Source of the DNA: an uncultured Ruficoccus sp.
Lineage (GTDB): Bacteria; Verrucomicrobiota; Verrucomicrobiia; Opitutales; Cerasicoccaceae
Length of the DNA: 64,000 nucleotides
NCBI GenBank assembly: GCA_965140785.1
Contig: OZ223510.1
Span: forward strand, 1-64,000
Reading direction: 5' to 3'
Shown: positions 52,326 to 60,525 of the stretch, in pieces
Numbering within the stretch: position 1 is the first letter of the stretch
How the letters are laid out: every line of letters starts with the position of its first letter
Made by a program: the position numbers and the translations under genes
Notes under the pieces: generated by a model
Seen by the model: only the letters and a program-made list of their open reading frames with translations
The model's database searches: none
What the model was told of the DNA's origin: nothing

Positions 52326-53018
52326 ATGACCATTTCCCCTTACCCCCTGTCCCGCTCTCGTGGCTTCTCCCTGGTTGAATTGCTGATGGTGATCGCGATT
52401 ATCGCCATCCTCGCAGCGATATTGATCCCCGTTACCAGTTCGATCCGCAAGCAGGGGTATGTTACGCATAACCTGGCCAACCTGCGAGCCTTACAGGCGG
52501 CGAATATCCTCTACGCGCAGGAAAACGACGGCAGCTTCGTGCCGGTGGGGGCGTTTAACGAAAACGGCAGCTACGGGAGCTTCTGGTATCAGCGGGACGA
52601 TTTCGTCGTCGAGTATTTGGAAATTCCAGACCCCTCCGATTGGCCGGAAAACCGGCTCTCCCCGCTGGCGACCCAGCGCAACCCGGCGGGCGAACTTTAT
52701 ATCTCGCGTTCGTACGGGTATAATTTTACCGAGCTGGGCGCCTATGGGGTGGCCAACACCTCCCGGGTGGCCACCATCAATACGGTGGCGGATCCAGCTC
52801 AGACCCTGGCCTTCGCCGATGCGCTGGACTGGCAGATACAAATGAGCGGAGCCAACCGCTATGTGAGCGAAGAGGCCGACGTCAACGTGAACCAGAACAA
52901 TGCCATCGCCTACCGCTATGACGGGGCCGCAGGTGTTGTTTACTTCGATGGCCACACGGCCATGCTCAAGCGGGCAGACGTGGTCGATAACGAAAAACTC
53001 TGGCTCATCCGCGAGTAA
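52326..53018 (+). CDS. Prepilin-type N-terminal cleavage/methylation protein with X9-DGH motif
   Basis: RG|FSLVELLMVIAIIAILAAIL, LANLRAL, LYAQENDG, SYGYN, YRYDGAAGVVYFDGH. Confidence 0.9.
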   Translation: MTISPYPLSRSRGFSLVELLMVIAIIAILAAILIPVTSSIRKQGYVTHNLANLRALQAANILYAQENDGSFVPVGAFNENGSYGSFWYQRDDFVVEYLEIPDPSDWPENRLSPLATQRNPAGELYISRSYGYNFTELGAYGVANTSRVATINTVADPAQTLAFADALDWQIQMSGANRYVSEEADVNVNQNNAIAYRYDGAAGVVYFDGHTAMLKRADVVDNEKLWLIRE

Positions 53019-53223
53019 AGGCGGACCCGGCCTAAAGGCAAAGACGGCCCCTTGGCATCCTTGGGATACGCATCCGTCGTAGCTGCATGGCTTGATGGAA
53101 CATTAATCCAGAAATTAAGACATCTGTCGTCTGGATGTATTTATCTATCTAAGGTAATTCTGTGTGGATTCCATAACACCCGAAACATAATTCACTTTCC
53201 TGAATGATAATCCTTTGAGCCCC

Positions 53224-54944
53224 ATGAATACGATAGCATGCAATTCCGCCACTCACGAACGACTCCTCAACGGCCTGTGGGATTTTTCCTTCCTGGGCGA
53301 TGTCGATCCCGACCGGGTGCCCGAACCGTCGAGCATCTCGTGGAAAAAGGTCATGGTGCCTTCCGCCTTTGATGCCTTACTCAAGACCCAGGGCAAGCGC
53401 GGCTTGGCGCTCTACAGGCGGGAACTCCCGCTGCCCGCCGGGCAGGACGGCGAGCTGTGGTTCGGGGCTTTGTCGATGTGGAGCCGCGTTTATGTCGATG
53501 GCGAACTGCTGCGGGAGAACGCCTGCGGTTACGAGCCCCTGCGTGTGCGTGTGCCCGCCTCGCCCAGCGAGAAGCGCGAGCTGCTCGTGGTGGTGGATAA
53601 CCGCTTCGACTTCGAGCGCGTGCCCATGCACGAGGAGTATTTTGATTTCTATCAGTACGGGGGCATTTTGCGGGAGGTGAAGCTACGCCTGCTGCCCCGG
53701 CAGGGGCCGTGGATCCAAGCGGTCCGCGTTACGCCCACTGAGGAGTATCGGGCAGGCAAGGTCACCGTCGATGTTATGATCGAGGGGGAGCAGGGAGACG
53801 GTTTGCAGATCATGGCTGGCTTCGACGGCGAGGCGCCCCGTGTGGTTTCAGCCGCACCCGGAGTGATCGAGGGCGGGCTGCGCGTGAGCTTGACGGTTCC
53901 GGCTCCACGGCTGTGGAGCCCGGATGAGCCGAACCTGCATGGGCTTGAGATCGCTCTGGACGATGGCACGGGGACGATTATTGACCGGCGTTGCGTACGC
54001 TTCGGGCTGCGCCGGATCGAAGCCCGCGAGGCCCGGCTTTGGCTCAATGGCGAACCGCTCATCCTCAAGGGTTACAACCGGCATGAGTGGCACCCCAGCG
54101 TCGGCCCCTGTACGCCGCCCCCGCTGATGTTCGAAGATATCGAGCTGATGAAGGATTTGGGCTGCAACTTTGTGCGCGGCTCGCACTACCCCCCCAGGAC
54201 CAGCGATTCCTCGACCTGTGCGACGAACTCGGACTGCTCGTGTGGGAGGAGAACCTCGGCTGGGGCCAGCGGGAGAAGACCTTCGCCAGTGAGAAGTTCG
54301 TGCGCGACCACCGCCAGTCGCTGATTTCGATGGTCCACGAAAGCTATAACCATCCCAGCATTATCTGCTGGGGTTTTCTGAACGAGGCGGGCAGCGACTC
54401 GGCGTACTCGCGGGCGGTCTTCGAAGAGAGCGCGGCGCTGCTGCGTGAACTCGACCCCAGCCGGCTCGTGACGTACGCCACCATGTTTCCCTTGACGGAC
54501 CTCCATTACGACCTGGTGGACCTGATCAGCATCAACACCTATCCGGGCTGGTATGCCTGCGAAAGTGTGGCGGACCCGGTCTCCCTGATCAAACCGCGAC
54601 TGGAGGCTCTTGTCGCATCGGTGGACGAACGGGGCTTTAAGGACAAGCCGGTGATGATCTCCGAAATCGGCGCCGAGGCCCTCTACGGCTGGCGCGACGG
54701 GCACAACGACTTTTTCACCGAAAGCTATCAGGCCCGCTACCTGGCTACCGCCCTTGAAGGGGTCCTGGACAACCCGCGCTACAGCGGTATCTCGCTCTGG
54801 CTGTTCAGCGATACGCGCACCTATAGTGGCGGGTTTTCGCTGATGCGTCCGCGTACCTATAACAATAAAGGGACCCTGGACGAGTACCGGCGGCCGAAAG
54901 AAGCGTATGCCGTGGTTAAGCGGGCCTTTACCGGCGGATGTTAG
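53224..54944 (+). CDS. GH2 beta-glucuronidase-like enzyme, apparent frameshift in a C7 run
   Basis: LNGLWDF, YGGILREV, LKGYNRHE, VRGSHYP|QDQRFLDLCDELG (break at 54189-54195), WGFLNE, ISEIGAE, NNKG uronidase-type motif. Confidence 0.85.
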
Positions 54945-55046
54945 TCAGCAAACGGCGATACGCGGGGTGAAAAATCTACGGCCCGGATCGACATCCGGGG
55001 CAGGGGAGCGCTGACGCGGGTCTCCCGGCTCGTTTAGCGGTATCGC

Positions 55047-57866
55047 CTAAGCCTTCATCTTGTGCTGGCTGGCTTTAGCGAGGACGGCTTTCAGATTCTT
55101 GGTCAGGATGGGTTTGCCCAAATGCTCGTTCATACCTGCATCGAGGCAGTCCTGCTTGTCATCGCCATGCGTGTAGGCGGTGAGGGCGCAAATAAAGGTG
55201 TCTTCGTTTTGCTTGCCGGCGTCTCCCTGGCGGATGAAGCGGGTCGCTTCCAGGCCATTCATACCGGTCATCTCGACGTCCATGAAAATAATATCGAAGC
55301 GCTCCCGGCGAAGCCGTTCCAGGGCGATCTCCCCGGAGGAAGCCGTCTCGCAGTGGTGCCCCATCTGCTTGATGATTTCGTGGAGGAGTTGGCGGGTCTG
55401 GGCCTCGTCCTCGACCAGGAGGATGTGCAGAGGCTCCAGCGGCTGGCGCTCTTCTTCACGGGGGAGGAGGGGCGCGTCCTGCTGAATGATCTCACCCTCG
55501 ACGGTAAAGTAAAAGGTCGTGCCCCGGCCTTCGTGGCTCTCGGCCCAGATGTCTCCGCCCAGCAGGTGGCAGATTTTCTGACAGATAGCCAGTCCCAGGC
55601 CGGTGCCGCCAAATTTTCGCGTGGAGGAGGAGTCCACCTGGCTGAAGCTCTTGAAGAGCGTGTTCAGCTTATCGCGGGGGATGCCCACCCCCGTGTCGCG
55701 CACGGCAAAAATATAGGTCCAGTGGCCGGGGTGGTTGGCCGAGGGCTTGGCCGAGACGGAGATGCGGATCGAGCCCTCATGGGTGAATTTGATGGCGTTG
55801 CCCACCACATTAAGGAGGATCTGGCGCAGCTCCAGGTAGTCGGTTTTAACCAGCGAAGGCGTGTGTTCCTCGATCTCGTAAGTCAGCTCCAGGTTCTTTT
55901 GGCTGGCCTCGACGCCCAGGGCTTCCTCCACCTCGCTCAGCAGTAAGGGGATGTCCGTGTCGCGGTTTTCGAGCACGATCCGGCCCGAATCCAGGCGGCT
56001 GTAGTTGAGCACGTTGTTGATGAGTTCGAGCAGGGTGTAGGCGTTGGCCTTGATGATATCGATGGACTCGATCTGGTCCTCATCCTCGGTCTGCTCGCGC
56101 AGGAGGTCGGCAAAGCCGATGATCGAGTTCATCGGGGTGCGGATCTCGTGGCTCATCACGGCCAGGAACTCGTCCTTGCTGCGGTTGGCGGTGTCGGCGG
56201 CCTCTTTGGACTTTTTCAGCTCCTGCTCGTAGCGGATACGGTCGGTGATGTCGTTGACGAGAGAGGCGATGCCGACAATGGTGCCGCTCTCGTTCACCAA
56301 CGGCGTGTTGTACCACTCGCAGGTGATGGCGGTGCCGTCCCGGGTGACATTTTCGTTGGTGCTGCTGAACCCGCCCTTGTTTTCCAGGAGCTGGTTAAAG
56401 ATTTGGTCCCCGACGTGCAGCATGTTCTCGTGCATGAGCCAGGTGTAGGGCTGGCCGACGATTTCCTCGGCGGTGTAGCCGAAAATGCGCTCGGCGGCGG
56501 GGTTCCAGGATGTGATGCGTCGCTGCACGTCCCACTCGATGAAGGCGAGAGGGGTGCGCTGGACGTGGAACTGGAGGCGCTGCTGGGCTTCCAGGCGCTG
56601 TTGCTCGGCGTTCATGCGTACGCTGATATCCCGGCAGCAGGCGATGATCCCGACGACCTCGCCGCGGAAGTTTTTCTCCTGGCTGAGGGAAAGGTGGGCA
56701 TGAAAGACGCGTCCGCCGCTGTGCTTGAGTTGGGTTTCCACCACATGGTTGCCATGGATCAAGAGCGGCTCCAGGAAATGGCGGTTGACGAACTGCTCAT
56801 CCGGTTCGGGCAGCAGGTCGATGAGTTTGCTGCCAACGGCCTCGGTCGCGTTGAGGCCGAAAAGCTTTTCGGCCTGAAGGTTCCAGGACTTGATATTGCC
56901 GTCAATGTCGGCTCCGACAATGGCCTCACCGAGCTGCTCCAGGATGCGCGCTTGGCGCTGCAGGACATCCTGGGTGCGTTCTCGCTCCAGCTCCATCTCG
57001 GCCCGGGCGGCGAAGACGCGCAGTGCCAGCAGCACGAAGTCGAGGTTTTCGATGCGCTGGCGGTGCATCACACACAGCAGGCCCGTTACCTCTTTGTCGC
57101 GGTTGAGCAAAGGTAAGCCGATGTAGGCCTCGGCCTCAAGCCGCCCAAGCTCGGAGTCATTGGGAAAGTTTTTTTGCACGTTGGCCTGGAGCACATAAGG
57201 CTCGCCTTTGAGCAGGTGTTCGCAGGGGGTGCCGAAGAGAGAGTAATCGAAATTCGCGGACGGGGCGTTTTTATAGGAAAAGGACAGGGTCCGCACACGG
57301 GCCCGGTCCGGCTTGGTGAGTTCGCCGACAATGGCGTAATCCAGATTGAGCGTTTCGGTGATGTAGTGGGTCAGCTCCCGGAAAAAAGCCGTGCCCGAAA
57401 CCGCGGTAATGGAGACGGCAATGCGCTCCAAGGCGCGCTCGGCCGACTTGCTGGCCCGCTTGGCCTGGTAGTGGTCGATAATCCGGACGATGGTGTGCGG
57501 GAGATAGACCAGGTAGCGTCCGTCGGGGTCGATCTCGATATAGTCCTGAATCCCGCCCTGAAAAGCCGTTACAGCCCGCTCGCGGGAGGGGGCACGGTCG
57601 AGCATGATCGTGGGAATCTGCTCGGCCCGCAGGCGAGAGCGACAGCAGTCCCAGCCGTCGGCGTGGGCGGCGGTCGCATCGACCAGAACGACATCGAACT
57701 GCCGGTCTTTTTTGCCCAGAACGGTTTCGGCGTCTTCCCAACTGGGTACGACGGTGAAGGCGGCCTCGGTGGAAAAGTCCTTCAGGCTTTGCGCTACCGA
57801 TTGGTGCTCATTCTCCAGCAGTCCAACGGCGAGAATGGAGACCTTTTCCGTATATTTTTTTGCCAT
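55047..57866 (-). CDS. Cytoplasmic hybrid sensor histidine kinase (REC-like, GAF, 2 PAS, HisKA, HATPase, REC)
   Basis: FLAVMSHEIRTPMNSI, NVVGNAIKFT, DTGVGI, GGTGLGL; C-terminal REC ILLVEDE...IFMDVEM...LGKP. Confidence 0.93.
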   Translation of the reverse strand: MAKKYTEKVSILAVGLLENEHQSVAQSLKDFSTEAAFTVVPSWEDAETVLGKKDRQFDVVLVDATAAHADGWDCCRSRLRAEQIPTIMLDRAPSRERAVTAFQGGIQDYIEIDPDGRYLVYLPHTIVRIIDHYQAKRASKSAERALERIAVSITAVSGTAFFRELTHYITETLNLDYAIVGELTKPDRARVRTLSFSYKNAPSANFDYSLFGTPCEHLLKGEPYVLQANVQKNFPNDSELGRLEAEAYIGLPLLNRDKEVTGLLCVMHRQRIENLDFVLLALRVFAARAEMELERERTQDVLQRQARILEQLGEAIVGADIDGNIKSWNLQAEKLFGLNATEAVGSKLIDLLPEPDEQFVNRHFLEPLLIHGNHVVETQLKHSGGRVFHAHLSLSQEKNFRGEVVGIIACCRDISVRMNAEQQRLEAQQRLQFHVQRTPLAFIEWDVQRRITSWNPAAERIFGYTAEEIVGQPYTWLMHENMLHVGDQIFNQLLENKGGFSSTNENVTRDGTAITCEWYNTPLVNESGTIVGIASLVNDITDRIRYEQELKKSKEAADTANRSKDEFLAVMSHEIRTPMNSIIGFADLLREQTEDEDQIESIDIIKANAYTLLELINNVLNYSRLDSGRIVLENRDTDIPLLLSEVEEALGVEASQKNLELTYEIEEHTPSLVKTDYLELRQILLNVVGNAIKFTHEGSIRISVSAKPSANHPGHWTYIFAVRDTGVGIPRDKLNTLFKSFSQVDSSSTRKFGGTGLGLAICQKICHLLGGDIWAESHEGRGTTFYFTVEGEIIQQDAPLLPREEERQPLEPLHILLVEDEAQTRQLLHEIIKQMGHHCETASSGEIALERLRRERFDIIFMDVEMTGMNGLEATRFIRQGDAGKQNEDTFICALTAYTHGDDKQDCLDAGMNEHLGKPILTKNLKAVLAKASQHKMKA

Positions 57867-58105
57867 TATTGCGTGACGGGTGCCAATTCCTGTAACTGGG
57901 CTGTAAATATGAGCTTTCTGCAACACATGGCAAGCACTGGCATGGTTGGTGCTAAATAATTTAATGAGTGTAACAAGTTGGGCTCATGGGATAGCTAAAG
58001 GAGAGGCTCGGCGGTTTGGGGTTCCGTCGGGCCTCTCTGCTTTTTGAGAGGAGTGGAATCGCCGGGCAATTTACTGCAGGGAGCGATGTATGTCGGCGTG
58101 ACGGT

Positions 58106-58423
58106 TCACTCGACCGGTTCGCCAAGTTCAGCCAACAGGTGCCGGGCTTCGTCGGCGGGGTCGTCGTGGTGCTGCTCGATCGCGAGACGCAGCCCCTCCC
58201 GCAGGTAGGGGATGGCTTCCTCGCGATGGCCGGTTTCCATCAGCGCCTTACCCAGCATAATACGCGGGAGCATCCAGTCCTCGCGGCTTTCGCTACAAAA
58301 GCGCAGGTGCTCAATAGCTTCCTCCCACTGAGCCTCCTGGGAGAGGGCTTGGGCCATGCTGAAGCGAAAGAGCGGGTTTTGCGGATTGGCGGCGAGGCGT
58401 TCGCGCAGCAAGTCGATATTCAT
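58106..58423 (-). CDS. Small TPR-repeat protein
   Basis: LAANPQNPLFRFSMAQAL...LGKALMETGHREEAI helical pairs. Confidence 0.75.
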   Translation of the reverse strand: MNIDLLRERLAANPQNPLFRFSMAQALSQEAQWEEAIEHLRFCSESREDWMLPRIMLGKALMETGHREEAIPYLREGLRLAIEQHHDDPADEARHLLAELGEPVE

Positions 58424-58432
58424 AGCAAGGTG

Positions 58433-59203
58433 TCAGGCGGGTTCCGCAAAGATAGCGATAGCGGTGATGTTGTCCGGTCCGCCTCGTTCGTTGGCGAGGT
58501 CGATAATATGCCGAACAAAAGCCTCCGGCGAGGTGGCGGCGATGATCAGCCCGTGGACTTCTTCCATCGTCATGGTTTTGGAGACCCCGTCGCTGAAGAG
58601 CAGGAGGCGGTCGCCCGGCTCTATTTGTTCGTTCAGGATATCGACTTTCACCTTGCCGGTCTGGCCGAGGCAGCGGGTCAGGGTGTGGTTAAAGTAATCG
58701 GGGATGTAGGCCTCCTCGCCGGGATCGAGCTGGCTGATCATTTCCTGGGCCATGGTGTGATCCCGGGTCAGCTGACGCCACTGGTCGGGCTTAAAGACCA
58801 CCAACGCGGTGTCGCCGATATGGCCTACAGTGAGACGATTCCCGGCGATGTGGGCAACGGTGAGCGTCGTGCCGATACCGAGATCGGAACTGACTTCATG
58901 GCCACGGTCGTAAACCTCTTCATTGATGCGCCTGAAAATGGGGACAAAATCCACCTCATCAGTGGCTCTGCGCTGGCCTGTCCACTGCCGCAGGGCGTCG
59001 ATGGCGATTTCGCTGGCCATGGCACCCTCGGGCAAGCCGCCGAGGCCGTCAGCCACGGCATAGATACGTTGGGGTGCGTTCAGCAGGAAGCCGTCTTCGT
59101 TGTTGCTGCGCATGAGCCCGCAGTCGGTGTCACCGTAGGCTTGCAGGGGCAAGTCGTCGGTGGGGGCTAAGGTAGCCGGGGGTCTGTCGGGCTTTCCGGG
59201 CAT
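58433..59203 (-). CDS. PP2C-family Ser/Thr protein phosphatase
   Basis: GLMRSNNED, VADGLGG, GTTL, HIGDT, LTRDH, FSDGV, GGPDNIT. Confidence 0.93.
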   Translation of the reverse strand: MPGKPDRPPATLAPTDDLPLQAYGDTDCGLMRSNNEDGFLLNAPQRIYAVADGLGGLPEGAMASEIAIDALRQWTGQRRATDEVDFVPIFRRINEEVYDRGHEVSSDLGIGTTLTVAHIAGNRLTVGHIGDTALVVFKPDQWRQLTRDHTMAQEMISQLDPGEEAYIPDYFNHTLTRCLGQTGKVKVDILNEQIEPGDRLLLFSDGVSKTMTMEEVHGLIIAATSPEAFVRHIIDLANERGGPDNITAIAIFAEPA

Positions 59204-59383
59204 TCAGGTAACTATAATATCTGCGCCCCGTCTTGTAAAGATAATCCCTCTGTTGCGAAGACAGGGCGCAAAAGGTGTGAGAAGCGTTAAGTCTATGACT
59301 ATGAGCAGAAAAGATGCCGGATCGGGAATCGGGTCAAGCTTTTGCTGCTGCGCCGGGCAGCGGAATCCACCCTGCCGGACGGC

Positions 59384-60250
59384 TCAGTAAACTTCGCTCA
59401 CATTGACGGTGACCGAGAGGGTGCTGGTAACGCCTCCCGGACCGGTGTAGCTGCCCGAAACCGGCGGCACCATCTCGGGGTGGCGGGCGATGGCGGTGGC
59501 GATGTGGTCGGGACCGGCCATGCGTCCGCTGGTGTTGTCAAAACCGCGCCAGCCCAGGCCGGGGATATACACCTCGGACCAGGCGTGAGTCGAGCCGGCG
59601 GCGAAGGCCAGGTCCGGCGCATGGAGATAGCCGCTGACGAAGCGCGCGGCCATGCCCAGGTAGCGGCAGGTTTCGATGAAAAGCGTGGCATAGTCGCGGC
59701 AGGAGCCGCCGCGTTTATGAAGGGTTTCAATCGGCGTCTGCACGCCTTCCTCCTCGCGCATGGCGTACTGGAAGTTGTTGGCCGTCTCTGAGGCCAGGCG
59801 GGCCAACAGGTCCGCCGTGCACCACTCGGACTGCTCCGCCAGGATGCTGTCCACCCATTGGCCGACCTGCCCCTGGTCGTGGAGATAGGAGGGTGTCTGG
59901 AACGCAATCAGGTCAAGGCGCTCCTGCGAGTTGTAGTTAAAGGGCCATTTCTCGGCAGTGTCGGAAATTTGCAGGCCGGGGTCCTCGACTTCAAATTGCT
60001 GGAGCGTGACTTCACTGGTGATGCTCAGGTTAACCGCGTCGGAGCCGTCGAAATCGACGCGCGCGACGGAATTGCCGTAGAGGTCGCGTTGCCAGAGGGT
60101 TTGGGTCGGGACAGGGCTGATGACCAGGCTGCTGCGGTCGATGAGCACATCGTGTCCGGCGCGGGGCCGCAGGAGCAGAGTATGGCGCCCGAGACGGACC
60201 GGTTGGGAGAAATTATACTGAGTGGCGTGATGGATGGAGAGATGTTTCAT
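59384..60250 (-). CDS. Transglutaminase-like family protein
   Basis: IHHATQYNF, LRPR, GSCRDYA, ARFVSGYL, THAWSEVYIPGLGWRGFD. Confidence 0.9.
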   Translation of the reverse strand: MKHLSIHHATQYNFSQPVRLGRHTLLLRPRAGHDVLIDRSSLVISPVPTQTLWQRDLYGNSVARVDFDGSDAVNLSITSEVTLQQFEVEDPGLQISDTAEKWPFNYNSQERLDLIAFQTPSYLHDQGQVGQWVDSILAEQSEWCTADLLARLASETANNFQYAMREEEGVQTPIETLHKRGGSCRDYATLFIETCRYLGMAARFVSGYLHAPDLAFAAGSTHAWSEVYIPGLGWRGFDNTSGRMAGPDHIATAIARHPEMVPPVSGSYTGPGGVTSTLSVTVNVSEVY

Positions 60251-60341
60251 ATAAAAAAAGGGGAGGTGAGGTTCAGGTCGCGATGCGTGCTGCTATCAAC
60301 ACAAACCGTGAAGCAAAGCGACCTCTTCAAAATGATGACTT

Positions 60342-60412
60342 AAAAAAACAGGCAGGCCGGGGAGAAAGCGAAAAACCCTGCTTGGGCCTTCTTGGCTTTC
60401 TCCCCGGCCTGC
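60342..60412 (-). terminator. 18-bp perfect hairpin plus T7 tract (terminator, or small RNA with terminator)
   Basis: Arms 60352-60369 and 60395-60412, 25-nt loop, A7 on the plus strand at 60342-60348. Confidence 0.65.
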
Positions 60413-60525
60413 TTATTATATCAATAACCATAATTTGAAATTTATCAACATCGGGAGAAAGTCGCAGGAAACTTTTCGGCGGGAATCTCTCCGCGACCCG
60501 GTGCCTCGGTGTCAAATCGTAAAAA

